NCBI GenBank assembly: GCA_022820825.1 | Contig: JAJEEU010000075.1 | Location: 21,723-85,722 of the forward strand | Direction: 5' to 3' | DNA length: 64,000 nucleotides | Origin: Vicinamibacteria bacterium | Lineage (GTDB): Bacteria; Acidobacteriota; Vicinamibacteria; Vicinamibacterales; UBA8438 | Shown here: positions 1 through 8,727 of the stretch, piece after piece | Position numbering within the stretch: the first letter of the stretch is position 1 | Layout: every line of letters begins with the position of its first letter | Translations under genes and position numbers: made by a program | Notes under the pieces: model-generated | Seen by the model: the letters and a program-made list of their open reading frames with translations, nothing else | Databases searched by the model: none | Told to the model about the DNA's origin: nothing

Positions 1-1
1 C

Positions 2-310
2 GTCTTTCCCGAGTGGACGGCGGGGTCGGGGGCCTACGCGATGGTCGGCATGGCGGCGTTCTTCGCGGCGATCGCCAAGGCGCCGGCCACGTCAATCCTG
101 ATCCTGTTCGAGATGACGAACGACTACCGGATCATGCTGCCGCTGATGGCGGCCGTGGTGGGCAGCGTGTACGTCTCGCACCGCATGTCGCCGTACAGCA
201 TCTACACGCTGAAGCTGCAGCGGCGCGGCATCGATTTCCCGGGCCGGGAGGCGGACGCGCCGGCGCCGGCGGTCCGCCCCGCATCCACCACGGAGCCGGC
301 CGGGGCCTGA
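2..310 (+). CDS. ClC-family chloride channel, C-terminal fragment (5' end lies outside the window)
   Basis: The frame is open from the window edge. The translation ...GMAAFFAAIAKAPATSILILFEMTNDYRIMLPLMAAVVG... resembles the conserved C-terminal membrane helices of ClC channels. Stop at 308-310. Confidence 0.75.
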   Translation, partial: VFPEWTAGSGAYAMVGMAAFFAAIAKAPATSILILFEMTNDYRIMLPLMAAVVGSVYVSHRMSPYSIYTLKLQRRGIDFPGREADAPAPAVRPASTTEPAGA

Positions 311-321
311 GCGGCGCCGGG

Positions 322-771
322 CTAGGGCGCTTGCGAGGTGATGGTGATCATGTTGAGCGCCTCTTCCTCGGTCGGCAGCTCCATGTCGCCCGCCGGGAAG
401 TCGTTCCGCTGCAGCATGTAGGCCACGATGTCCGAGTATCCCTGCGGGCTGAGACTGGCCGGCGCGCCCTGGGGCATGGTGGCGCGGATGGCGACGTACA
501 TGTCGCCCACCGACAGGTCGCTCCAGCGGAAGTCGAAGGCCGCGCCCGTGAGCGCGGGGGCTATGCCGTCGCCGAGCAGGTCGGCGAGGTGGCACGTGGC
601 GCACTCCTGCTCGTAGGCGGTCTCGCCGCGCGTGGCCTGTTCCTCGGTGTACACCCCGTCCCAGACCGTCTTGTCCTGCGCCCCGGCGGCGCCGGATGCG
701 ATGATGATCGCAATAGCCGCCGCGGCTGCCAACAGTCCCTTCGCACGACCGTTCGTTCCTCGCACACGCAT
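322..771 (-). CDS. secreted mono-haem c-type cytochrome
   Basis: Haem-binding CxxCH motif (CATCH). Signal-peptide-like N-terminus MRVRGTNGRAKGLLAAAAAIAIIIASGAAGAQ. ATG at 771 with GAGG about 12 nt upstream. The ORF-track start at 816 is probably too long. Confidence 0.8.
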   Translation of the reverse strand: MRVRGTNGRAKGLLAAAAAIAIIIASGAAGAQDKTVWDGVYTEEQATRGETAYEQECATCHLADLLGDGIAPALTGAAFDFRWSDLSVGDMYVAIRATMPQGAPASLSPQGYSDIVAYMLQRNDFPAGDMELPTEEEALNMITITSQAP

Positions 772-864
772 TGCTTCTCGCCTCGTCATCGAAACAATAT
801 ACCACTTGATGCCCACCGGCTGCGCCCTGAGCTTCGCCCCGCGCTGTGCTATCGTGAGGCCGTC

Positions 865-1710
865 GTGACATCAGCCTCGCCGCCGGGGCACCTGCCCGAC
901 GGCGGCGACTGCCGCCGGTTTCTGGACACCGTCTCGCAGTTCGCGCGCGTGCACGCGGTCAAGCTCTACCGGTTGCCGGCCGCGCTCCCGGAGCGTGTGC
1001 CGCGGTTGCCCTGTCTGGACCACGAAGCGCGCCTGCACGAGAACATCTCGCCGCACGCCGCGATGTACATCGAGGACAGGGACGGCGGCGGACTGCACGA
1101 AGTGGTGTGGGTGCCCGAGCGCCGGCACATCGAAATCGACGTCGTCTCGACCGCCGACGAGCATACGCCTGCGGCCCACGCGCGCCTGCTGGAGCGGCTC
1201 GCCGCCGGCTTTCCGGCCTACCGGATCCACGTCAACGGCCCCTCGTGGCTGCGCGGCGATCGCAGGGTCTCGCGCGCCTGCCGGGCGCAGATCTCCCTGC
1301 GCGAGGTGCTCGCCGGCACCGATTTCGAGCAGTTGGACGCCGCGCTGGAGCGGCTCGGCACCATCGGCAAGCTGATGGAGAAGGAATCGCGCGTCGCGTC
1401 CTGGAGCGTGCGCACGGTGACCGGGCCGCTGCTGGCGGTTGCCGGCTTCCTGTCGTACAGCCTGCTCGGCCTGCTGACGTCCCAGGTCGGCGAGGGCTGG
1501 GTTCAGGCGCTGCGGTACGCGGTCGTCGGCGGGGTGGGGGCGCTCTTCCTGTACTTCGGCCTGAAGGCGGTGCACCTCACCGAGATGGCCAATCGCGTCT
1601 GGAAGCGCTGCGCCGAGTACGGCCTCATACTGGCCGAGCGCCGGCGGATTGACGCTGACGCCTCTCCGCTGACTAGGCGGGTCGCCGCAGGAGCAGCAGC
1701 AGAAAGATGA
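865..1710 (+). CDS. hypothetical protein with two C-terminal transmembrane helices
   Basis: This is the 3' third of the 565-aa track ORF. GTG at 865 is preceded by GAGG. Two hydrophobic helices are present (GPLLAVAGFLSYSLLGLL and AVVGGVGALFLYFGLKAV). No family recognised. Confidence 0.45.
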   Translation: MTSASPPGHLPDGGDCRRFLDTVSQFARVHAVKLYRLPAALPERVPRLPCLDHEARLHENISPHAAMYIEDRDGGGLHEVVWVPERRHIEIDVVSTADEHTPAAHARLLERLAAGFPAYRIHVNGPSWLRGDRRVSRACRAQISLREVLAGTDFEQLDAALERLGTIGKLMEKESRVASWSVRTVTGPLLAVAGFLSYSLLGLLTSQVGEGWVQALRYAVVGGVGALFLYFGLKAVHLTEMANRVWKRCAEYGLILAERRRIDADASPLTRRVAAGAAAER

Positions 1711-2125
1711 CCACGTTGATCCCGTGCGAGGTGAAGCAGAGCACGCACGGTACGCGCGTGATGAACAGCAGCGACCAGGACAGGAAGACGGCGAGCCCCA
1801 CCGTCAGCAGGCTGGCGCCCAGGTACAGCACGAACAGCTCCGGCCGATTCAGCAGGCCAAGCGGTATCCCTGCCAGCAGGGCGAGATAGAACATCTGGCC
1901 CAGCACCGAGTTGGGCAGTCCGAACACCCGTGCGCGCGGGGTGAAGACGATGGAGGCGCAGGTCTGCTCGCCCATGCGGCAGAAGGCGGGGATCCACCGC
2001 GTGTCGGGGCGCATCCAGCGGTACGCCACCGCCGTGAAGTACGTGGAGATGCAGAGCCCGACGGCCGCCAGCACGATGACGGCCGCATCACCGTCCGCCA
2101 CTACCAGAGGTCGGGCAGCAGCCAC
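1673..2125 (-). CDS. vitamin K epoxide reductase (VKOR) family membrane protein
   Basis: Four hydrophobic segments. Loop cysteines (FCRMGEQTC) plus a CxxC motif inside a helix (CVLC), as in VKOR/DsbB-like proteins. GTG starts are possible at 2125 or 2101; the latter overlaps the upstream stop as TAGTG. Confidence 0.7.
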   Translation of the reverse strand: MAAARPLVVADGDAAVIVLAAVGLCISTYFTAVAYRWMRPDTRWIPAFCRMGEQTCASIVFTPRARVFGLPNSVLGQMFYLALLAGIPLGLLNRPELFVLYLGASLLTVGLAVFLSWSLLFITRVPCVLCFTSHGINVVIFLLLLLRRPA

Positions 2126-2853
2126 TCCCGCCCGGGCGCCAGTTGCACGTCGAACGACTTGAGCGTGATGTTGACGAAGTTGTAGTAGCCGATCAGCCCG
2201 GTGAGGTCCATGACGCCGCGGTCGCCGAGCAGCTCGCGCGCCCGCGCGAACGTCTCGGAGCTGACCCGTTGCTCGCTGATCGCTTCACGGGTGAACTCGA
2301 TGATCAGGCGCTCCACGTCGCCAAGCCCGGGCACGTCGCCGGCATCTTCCAGCGGCCGGCGCTCCTTGACCAGCTCGATGATCTCCGGCTCGAGCCCCGC
2401 CGTCAGGGCGAGCGGCTCATGCGCGGTCCATTCGTACTGGCTGCGGACTTCGCGGGCGGTGGCCAGGATGGTCAGCTCGGTGAGCCGCTGGTCCTTGTCG
2501 GTGCCGTAGCGCAGATAGGTGCTGGCGGGGAACAGGTGCTCGATCATGCCCGGGCTGTACAGCCACATGGCGACCGGGCCCCACAGGCTGTCCTCGTAGC
2601 GGCTGCCGGGGCTGCGCACGATGTCGTACGCGCGCTGGCCGTCGGCGTCGAACTGCTCCCGCCGGGGCAGCGGCAGGCGCGCCCACGAATCGCGATTGAT
2701 GTCGGCCGGGATATCGGCCTCGGTCACCACCCTGGACGCCGCTGCCGGCGGCGCTGCGGCTTCCGTCGCAGATTCGGATTCCACGGCGTCGCCCGCCGCA
2801 CAGGCGCCGGCGAGCACGGCGCAGCCGATGGTCACGATGATGTATCGCCACAT
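2101..2853 (-). CDS. carboxymuconolactone decarboxylase (AhpD-like) family lipoprotein
   Basis: Lipobox-like N-terminus (VTIGCAVLAGAC). The C-terminal region ...LTILATAREVRSQYEWTAHEPLA...FTREA... resembles the CMD/AhpD-like fold, but the catalytic CxxC is replaced (EWTAHE). Confidence 0.65.
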   Translation of the reverse strand: MWRYIIVTIGCAVLAGACAAGDAVESESATEAAAPPAAASRVVTEADIPADINRDSWARLPLPRREQFDADGQRAYDIVRSPGSRYEDSLWGPVAMWLYSPGMIEHLFPASTYLRYGTDKDQRLTELTILATAREVRSQYEWTAHEPLALTAGLEPEIIELVKERRPLEDAGDVPGLGDVERLIIEFTREAISEQRVSSETFARARELLGDRGVMDLTGLIGYYNFVNITLKSFDVQLAPGREWLLPDLW

Positions 2854-2873
2854 GAGTTGATTGTCCTCGTTAG

Positions 2874-2994
2874 ATGGGGCTGCGCCCCAAACCCCCGCCG
2901 GTCACTCGCGGGGACCCCTTCGCCCCACTCCGTGGCCGGCGGGCCGCGCCGTGCGCGGCCTGGGCGCCGACTGTTCGAGTGCTTGTCGTCGCCC
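2874..2994 (+). repeat. intergenic structured repeat, type 1, copy A
   Basis: The 91-nt core ATGGGGCTGCGCCCCAAACCCCCGCCGG... is 89/91 identical to copy C at 23800-23890. It is followed by a hairpin, GGGCGCCGA-N15-TCGTCGCCC. Confidence 0.85.
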
Positions 2995-3065
2995 TGTCTG
3001 GTTCCAGCTTGCGTTGCTTCGGCAACCGCAGCATCCGCGTCGTGAGCCGCGATGGTGACGCACCA

Positions 3066-3659
3066 CTAGCGGGGTGTCAAGGACCATTCCGCAAGCACGC
3101 GGCGGCAGGTACAGAAGCGGCCGAGTTGGCAGAGCGCCACGCGGGCGCCGTCCGCCGCAGGCAGGGGACCGAGCCCCTGAAGCGTGCCCACGCCGACGGT
3201 GATGTGCGGGTCGAAGCGGTCGTATGCCGCGTGCGTGCGGAATTGGTGCACCCATTCGACGTCGGCGTCACGCGCCGGCAGGCCGCCTGTAGCGAGGAAC
3301 GCCGTTGCATCGCCCTGCGCGGACTCGAATCGCCGCAGGCGGTCCATCAGCCGGGCGTGCAGACTGATTAGCGTGTCGGTCGGCTCCAGACGCACGGTCG
3401 ACGCGGTCCGTCCGCGGCTCAGTCCGGCGGGCGCCAGCCGCAACGGCGCGCAGTCATGCGTTACCGCTGCCGCCTCATGGATGACGTCGGGCAGTTGGAG
3501 CTCCGCTACGAATAGTTGCGCCAGCGTGACGTGCGGCAGGTGCGTGTCGTCGAAACGCAAGCCGGCGGGCGGCGGCAGCAACTCCGCGTTCAGGCGCAGC
3601 AGCGGCTGCAGCAACGGATCGGGAAGCAGGACGGCGACGTCAACCGCAAGCAGTCCCAT
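3066..3659 (-). CDS. 2H phosphoesterase superfamily protein (LigT / 2'-5' RNA ligase-like)
   Basis: Two HxT/Sx motifs at the expected spacing (PHVTLA and PHITVG) in a 197-aa protein. ATG at 3659. Confidence 0.65.
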   Translation of the reverse strand: MGLLAVDVAVLLPDPLLQPLLRLNAELLPPPAGLRFDDTHLPHVTLAQLFVAELQLPDVIHEAAAVTHDCAPLRLAPAGLSRGRTASTVRLEPTDTLISLHARLMDRLRRFESAQGDATAFLATGGLPARDADVEWVHQFRTHAAYDRFDPHITVGVGTLQGLGPLPAADGARVALCQLGRFCTCRRVLAEWSLTPR

Positions 3660-3708
3660 TACGTGGTGAACCAGATGCGACGTACGCCGACAACGGTCGA
3701 ATCAACGA

Positions 3709-3827
3709 GGGGACGGTGAGCAGGCAAGGCAGCCGTCCCCAAGGCGTGCACGGCGCGCCTCGGCAGGCCCGGCGCGGGGCGAGGGGCCCCCGCTAGGGAC
3801 TGCCGGGGGTTTGGGGCGAAGCCCCAT
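3709..3827 (-). repeat. intergenic structured repeat, type 1, copy B (inverted relative to copy A)
   Basis: The reverse complement reads ATGGGGCTTCGCCCCAAACCCCCGGCAG...CTAGCGGGGG... and ends in the hairpin GGGGACGG-N16-CCGTCCCC, the same stem as in copy C. Confidence 0.85.
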
Positions 3828-4872
3828 ATGGCAACAGGTGCCATTCCAGGAACGTCCAGATGCGGTTCCAGGAGTCGCGCTGCGCGCGGCTGTCGACGCG
3901 CACGTACCCGCGCGCCCGGTCCACGCGGCGGTTGAAGGTGTGGCCGTTGCCGTACTCGTCGACCGGCGGATCGACGTATACGCGCGTCTCGGCCAGGCGC
4001 GGCTTCTTGTACTCGAGGGCGTGGATGAGCTGCTGCGCTTCCACGAAGTCGACGTCCCGGTCGTTGTCGGCCACGTGTACGAGCAGGGGCGTCTGCAGCC
4101 GGTCGATCTGATAGAGCGGAGAGCGTTCGATATACAGGCGGCGCCGCTCGTGCACCTCGCCGCCGATGCGCTTCTGGCGCACGAACCGCTCCGCATAGCG
4201 CGGTCCCTTGAGCGACAGCCGGAAGACCAGGTTGGTGACCGGGACCAGCGCGGCCGCCGCCTTGAACGACCGCTGGTCGCGGAACACCGCGTGCATGGCG
4301 ATGAAACCGCCGTGGCTCCAGCCGATGATCCCGAGCCGTTCGGGGTCGACGTACGGCATCCGGTCCGCCAGGTAGTTGACGGCCGTCAGGCAGTCCTCGA
4401 CCTCGTATCCGCCGTAGTCGATCGCTTCCTGGTGCTCGCGACCGTACCCCGTGCTGCCGCGGTACTCCGGCGCCAGCACGACGTAGCCGCGGTCCACCGC
4501 TTCCTTGATGAACGGGAAGTAGAGCGGGTCGAGATCGCCGTGCACGCCCCCGTGAATCCACACCAGCGCCGGATGGCCGTGCGTCCCGCGCAACGCGAGC
4601 GGCTCGAAGATGTAGATGGGGATGTCCATGCCGTCGGCCATGCTGGCATAGGACGTCTTGCGCATCCGGAGCACGCCCTCGCTCAGCGTGCTGAAGATGC
4701 GGTCCCGTTCCAGCTTGCGCTGCCGGTCCCGCTCGTACTGGTCGTACCCCTGTCCCGCCTCGGCCGTGGCCGCCGCGCGCAAGGACAGGAAATGGCCGCC
4801 GGCGAAACTGCACAGCGCCAGGGCGCCGATGGCCGCCAGCGCCCGCCGCCGTAACCGTGTGGTTCTGGTCAT
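3793..4872 (-). CDS. S9-family serine peptidase / alpha-beta hydrolase (prolyl oligopeptidase-like)
   Basis: Nucleophile elbow GWSHGG, followed by Asp (VADNDRDV) and His (GNGHTF) in S9 order. N-terminal signal or anchor. ATG at 4872 overlaps the hisC stop (ATGA). The last ~12 codons and the stop lie inside repeat copy B. Confidence 0.8.
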   Translation of the reverse strand: MTRTTRLRRRALAAIGALALCSFAGGHFLSLRAAATAEAGQGYDQYERDRQRKLERDRIFSTLSEGVLRMRKTSYASMADGMDIPIYIFEPLALRGTHGHPALVWIHGGVHGDLDPLYFPFIKEAVDRGYVVLAPEYRGSTGYGREHQEAIDYGGYEVEDCLTAVNYLADRMPYVDPERLGIIGWSHGGFIAMHAVFRDQRSFKAAAALVPVTNLVFRLSLKGPRYAERFVRQKRIGGEVHERRRLYIERSPLYQIDRLQTPLLVHVADNDRDVDFVEAQQLIHALEYKKPRLAETRVYVDPPVDEYGNGHTFNRRVDRARGYVRVDSRAQRDSWNRIWTFLEWHLLPYGASPQTPGSP

Positions 4873-5954
4873 CCGTCGTCTCGGGCCCGACGCGCCGCGC
4901 CGGCCGGCTGCACCAGCCGCCGGAGCGTCTGCAGGAGCCGTTCGTTCTGCTCGCCCGTGCCCACGGTGATGCGGACGCAATCGGCCAGCAGCGGCTCGTC
5001 GAAATACCGTATCAGGATACCCTCCGCCTTGAGCTGCTGGTAGACGGTGCGCGCGTCGCCGCCCGGCGGGCGCACCAGGAGGAAGTTCGCATCGCTCGGC
5101 CAGACGCGGCAGCCGATGCCGGCCAGGGCGGCGGACAGCCGTTCGCGCGACGCGCGGACCCGCTCGATGTTCGCGAGCGTGTGCGCGGTGTCGCGGATCG
5201 CCGCCGCGCCGACCCGCGCCGAAACCGCGTCGACATTGTAGCTGTCCTTGACCTTGAGCAGTCCGGCCAGCAACGCCGGCCGCGCCACCGCGAAACCGAG
5301 GCGCAACCCGGCCAGCGAATGGCTCTTCGACAAGGTGCGGAGCACGACCACGTTCTCGTGGCGCGCGGTCAGCTCCAGCGCGTCGCCGGAGGCGAACGCG
5401 GCGTACGCCTCGTCGATGACCAGGACGCCCGGCAGGCGCGCGGCGAGCTCGCCGAGGTCCGCGTTCGGCATGCGGTTGCCGGACGGGCTGTTGGGGCTTG
5501 CCACGAGCGTCAGCGCCGCCGCCGCGGCCGCGAGCCGCTCGACGGGCAGCGCGTACGAGTCGTCGAACGGCACTTCCACCACCGGTGCGTCCTGCATCCG
5601 GGCCAGCGTGCGGTACAGGCTGTAGGTCGGCGCCGGAAACGCCACCGGCCGGCCGCTTTCGGCCACCGACCGGAAGAGCATCGTGAGCAGGTCGTCGCTG
5701 CCGTTGCCCGCCAGGACCCACGACGGGTCGACGCCGAGCACCGCGGCCGCGCTCTGCCGGAACTCGTCCGCGGCCGGTTGCGGATAACGCCGCAGGCTGT
5801 CGGGCTCCACCGAGCGCAGCGCCTCCAGTGCGGCGGCGCTCGGAGGGTACGGGTTCTCGTTGGTGTTCAGCTTGACGACCTGCGTTCCCGCGGCGGGCTG
5901 CTCCCCGGGCTGGTACGCGGTCAGCGCATCAATCGCCGGTCGAAAATACGACAT
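4869..5954 (-). CDS. hisC: histidinol-phosphate aminotransferase
   Basis: 361 aa. ...KLNTNENPYPPS..., SPNSPSG and the PLP-lysine context LRTLSKSHSLAGLRLG are typical of class-II aminotransferase HisC. Confidence 0.85.
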   Translation of the reverse strand: MSYFRPAIDALTAYQPGEQPAAGTQVVKLNTNENPYPPSAAALEALRSVEPDSLRRYPQPAADEFRQSAAAVLGVDPSWVLAGNGSDDLLTMLFRSVAESGRPVAFPAPTYSLYRTLARMQDAPVVEVPFDDSYALPVERLAAAAAALTLVASPNSPSGNRMPNADLGELAARLPGVLVIDEAYAAFASGDALELTARHENVVVLRTLSKSHSLAGLRLGFAVARPALLAGLLKVKDSYNVDAVSARVGAAAIRDTAHTLANIERVRASRERLSAALAGIGCRVWPSDANFLLVRPPGGDARTVYQQLKAEGILIRYFDEPLLADCVRITVGTGEQNERLLQTLRRLVQPAGAARRARDDG

Positions 5955-5971
5955 GCGTTCAACACGGGTGG

Positions 5972-7603
5972 TCAGGCCTGCCGCATGTGCGGATAGCGAT
6001 AGTCGCGCGGCGGGATGAAGCTCTCCTTCGTGGTGCGCGGGCTCACCCAGCGGATCATGTTCAGGAGGCTGCCGGCCTTGTCGTTGGTGCCGGACGCCCG
6101 CGCCCCGCCGAACGGTTGCTGGCCGACGACGGCGCCGGTCGGCTTGTCGTTGATGTAGAAGTTGCCGGCCGCGTAGCGCAGCTTCTCCGAGGCGAGCACG
6201 ATCGCCTGCCGGTCGCGGGCGAAGATGGAGCCGGTCAGTGCGTACGGCGACGTGGTGTCGCACAGGTCGAGCGCCTGCTCGTAGCGGTCGTCCTCGTACA
6301 CGTGGATGGTCAGCACCGGACCGAAAAGCTCGGTTTCCATCGTCGCGTATGCGGGGTCGTGCGCCTGGATGATCGTCGGGGCCACGAAGTAGCCGACATC
6401 GTCGTCGCACTTGCCGCCGCAGATGACGTCGGCGCCGGCGTCGCCGCGGGCCTGCTCTATGGCGCCCGAGAGCGTCGTGTACGAGGCCCTGTCGATCACG
6501 GCGCCCATGAAGTTCGTGAAGTCGCACACGTCGCCGTACGCGATCGAGTCGACCTCGTCGCACAGTCGGTCGCGGAACGTCTTCCACATGCTGGCGGGAA
6601 TGTAGGCGCGGCTGGCGGCGCTGCACTTCTGGCCCTGGTACTCGTAGGCGCCGCGTATCAGGCCGGCCGCCAGTTCGTCCGGATCGGCGGAGGCGTGGGC
6701 GAAGACGAAGTCCTTGCCGCCGGTCTCACCGACGATCCGCGGGTAGTTGCGGTACCCCTTGACGTTGCCGCCGACCGTCTTCCACATGCCCGTGAACACT
6801 TCGGTGCTGCCGGTGAAGTGCACGCCGGCCAGGTCCGGATGCTCCATCGCCGGCGTCCCGATCTTGCCGCCGCTGCCGGGCACCAGGTTGATGACGCCGG
6901 GCGGCAGGCCGGCCTCCTCGAAGACGCGCATCAGCCAGTACGCCGAGAACACCGCGGTAGACGCCGGTTTCCACAACACGGTATTGCCCATCATTGCCGG
7001 GCTGGACGGCAGGTTGCCGGCGATGGAGGTGAAGTTGAACGGCGTCACCGCCAGCACGAACCCTTCCAGCGGGCGGTACTCCACGTAGTTCCATATGGTG
7101 GGCTGACTGCCCGGCTGCTGCTCGAAGATCTCCTGCATGTAGTGGACGTTGAAGCGCAGGAAGTCGATCATCTCGCAGGCCGCGTCGATCTCCGCCTGCA
7201 TCACGGTCTTGCTCTGGTTGAGCATCGTCGCCGCGTTGATGATCGGTCGGTACGGACCGGCCAGCAGGTCGGCCGCCTTCAGGAACACCGCCGCGCGCTG
7301 CTCCCACGGCATGGCCGCCCATGCCGGCCGCGCCGCTGCCGCGGCGTCGATCGCCTGCTGCACCGTGGCGGCGTTTCCCTTGTGAAAGGTCGCGACCGAA
7401 CGGGCGTGGTCGTGCGGCAGGATGCAGCGGCCCAGGTCGCCGGTCTTCACGGCCTGGCCGCCGATGATCATCGGAATCTCGATTGAACCGCCGGAAAACT
7501 CCGCGAGCTTCGCCTTGAGGTCCGCCCGCTCGGGCGATCCGGGCGCGTGGTCCAGAACAGGTTCGTTGCGTGGAATCGGTGCGTTGGCACGGGAATTCAT
7601 CAT
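5972..7603 (-). CDS. pruA: L-glutamate gamma-semialdehyde (delta-1-pyrroline-5-carboxylate) dehydrogenase
   Basis: 543-aa aldehyde dehydrogenase family protein. It has ...ETGGKDF... and the catalytic Cys context GQKCSAASR, and the N-terminus resembles stand-alone P5C dehydrogenases. Confidence 0.85.
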   Translation of the reverse strand: MMNSRANAPIPRNEPVLDHAPGSPERADLKAKLAEFSGGSIEIPMIIGGQAVKTGDLGRCILPHDHARSVATFHKGNAATVQQAIDAAAAARPAWAAMPWEQRAAVFLKAADLLAGPYRPIINAATMLNQSKTVMQAEIDAACEMIDFLRFNVHYMQEIFEQQPGSQPTIWNYVEYRPLEGFVLAVTPFNFTSIAGNLPSSPAMMGNTVLWKPASTAVFSAYWLMRVFEEAGLPPGVINLVPGSGGKIGTPAMEHPDLAGVHFTGSTEVFTGMWKTVGGNVKGYRNYPRIVGETGGKDFVFAHASADPDELAAGLIRGAYEYQGQKCSAASRAYIPASMWKTFRDRLCDEVDSIAYGDVCDFTNFMGAVIDRASYTTLSGAIEQARGDAGADVICGGKCDDDVGYFVAPTIIQAHDPAYATMETELFGPVLTIHVYEDDRYEQALDLCDTTSPYALTGSIFARDRQAIVLASEKLRYAAGNFYINDKPTGAVVGQQPFGGARASGTNDKAGSLLNMIRWVSPRTTKESFIPPRDYRYPHMRQA

Positions 7604-7690
7604 GACTGATCAAGTGTACATGTTGTTTCGCGGCGACGGTTGCTCCGGGAGCGGTGTCTGACGTATCTTGAACGTTTGTCTTCTTTTCGT

Positions 7691-7766
7691 GCCGAGGTAG
7701 CTCAGTCGGTAGAGCACATGACTGAAAATCATGGTGTCGCCAGTTCGATTCTGGCCCTCGGCACCA
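7691..7766 (+). tRNA. tRNA-Phe (anticodon GAA)
   Basis: Cloverleaf read by eye. Acceptor GCCGAGG/CCTCGGC, D-arm AGCTCAGTCGGTAGAGC, anticodon loop CTGAAAA, T-arm GCCAGTTCGATTCTGGC, encoded CCA. Confidence 0.95.
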
Positions 7767-7939
7767 CTTTCCCTTCTTAAGCCACTTATATACAGCGATT
7801 TACAGGATTTCGTCTGGCGGAACTCCCACCAGCCTTCCCACCTTTTCAGACCCGCGGGAGCGGGTGCGGTAGGATGTCGGTCCATTCCTGCGAGTGTGCG
7901 CAGCAAAGCTCGCCTACGAGACGGGAAGGGGAAACGCCC

Positions 7940-8551
7940 GTGACCTACCTCGTGATCGTGCTGCAGCTCGTGGTGGCTATAGCCACGGCGTGGGCAGCAC
8001 TCGCCACCAGATCGCAAGCCAAGGTCACCGAGAAGGCATTCCAACACGGCTTGCGCACACTGGTACATGCCGAATGGAGACTCGATCAGGATTGCCCCGG
8101 CCAACTCACCATCGTCGCGTCGATCAGCGAAACCGCTGGCGTCCTGACCGAAGTGAGAGCGTGGAGTATCGACCTTCAAATCGTGCGCGAACCGGATGGC
8201 TATATATCGACCACGCACCTCGACGGACGGCACCTGCACGGAGACGTAACGGCTGACGCTTGCATCGAGGTGAAGTATCGCGATCCCTTCGAGCTTGCCA
8301 TACACAAGCCCAGCGGTTTGTTCGCCGTAGTTGAAGTGACGCTGACGGTCTCCGCAGTCGGGGTAGACGACCCACGCGTCTGGACGATGCGCAGCAACGT
8401 TAGGCGCGAAGCACATGGATTCACAATTTCCAGTAGCCGTCCAGTCCCGACCTCTCTAGTGGAGCGGAAACCAGGAGTGCGTAGGCGCTTAGCAGACCAG
8501 TGGAACAAGTGGGAAGCGTGGAACGATCGCTTTCGCGGACCGCAGGCTTAG
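7940..8551 (+). CDS. hypothetical membrane-anchored protein (islet cargo)
   Basis: GTG at 7940 follows GGAAGGGGAAA. N-terminal helix YLVIVLQLVVAIATAWAALA, then a beta-rich region. No family recognised. Lower GC than the surrounding sequence. Confidence 0.35.
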   Translation: MTYLVIVLQLVVAIATAWAALATRSQAKVTEKAFQHGLRTLVHAEWRLDQDCPGQLTIVASISETAGVLTEVRAWSIDLQIVREPDGYISTTHLDGRHLHGDVTADACIEVKYRDPFELAIHKPSGLFAVVEVTLTVSAVGVDDPRVWTMRSNVRREAHGFTISSSRPVPTSLVERKPGVRRRLADQWNKWEAWNDRFRGPQA

Positions 8552-8727
8552 CTACTCCAAGCCGCAGGACCGCCGCCCTTCGGTGGTGTCAATATGAGCC
8601 TCGACCCGTCGCTTGTAGTCCCGGGTCGTCACCGCCGGCCGCTCGTCGGCAGGATGTAGACCGAGCGGGATCAACGGCGGCTGCCGGCGCTCCCGCCGGC
8701 GAGGCCGACGAAGCCGACCCGGCCGAC

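Noticed and set aside
13-864. The first two-thirds of the 565-aa + strand ORF (13..1710).
   Set aside because: It overlaps the ClC fragment in another frame and the cytochrome c gene on the opposite strand. The translation is a Gly/Arg/Ala/His-rich string typical of off-frame reading of high-GC DNA. Only the part from GTG 865 onward looks protein-like.
2874-3371. ORFs beginning MGLRPKPP..., at 2874 (+), 23800 (+) and 48231 (+), and the equivalent ORF on the minus strand at ~3827.
   Set aside because: The shared peptide is simply the translation of the dispersed repeat core. Downstream sequences are unrelated and Arg/Pro-rich, and the copies occur in both orientations relative to flanking genes. 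They are treated as non-coding repeats.
3659-4854. Alternative-frame ORFs over the S9 peptidase gene: 3659..4813 (-, 384 aa) and 3811..4854 (+, 347 aa).
   Set aside because: Only the 3793..4872 frame shows the GxSxG / Asp / His hydrolase motifs. The other frames are low-complexity Arg/Ala/Pro translations.
7585-7599. TGGCAC-GGGAA-TTCA, and TGGCAC at 28205-28210, as sigma-54 promoters.
   Set aside because: The -12 GC dinucleotide is missing in both. The first lies inside the pruA coding start region and faces a tRNA. The second faces the 3' end of a gene on the other strand.
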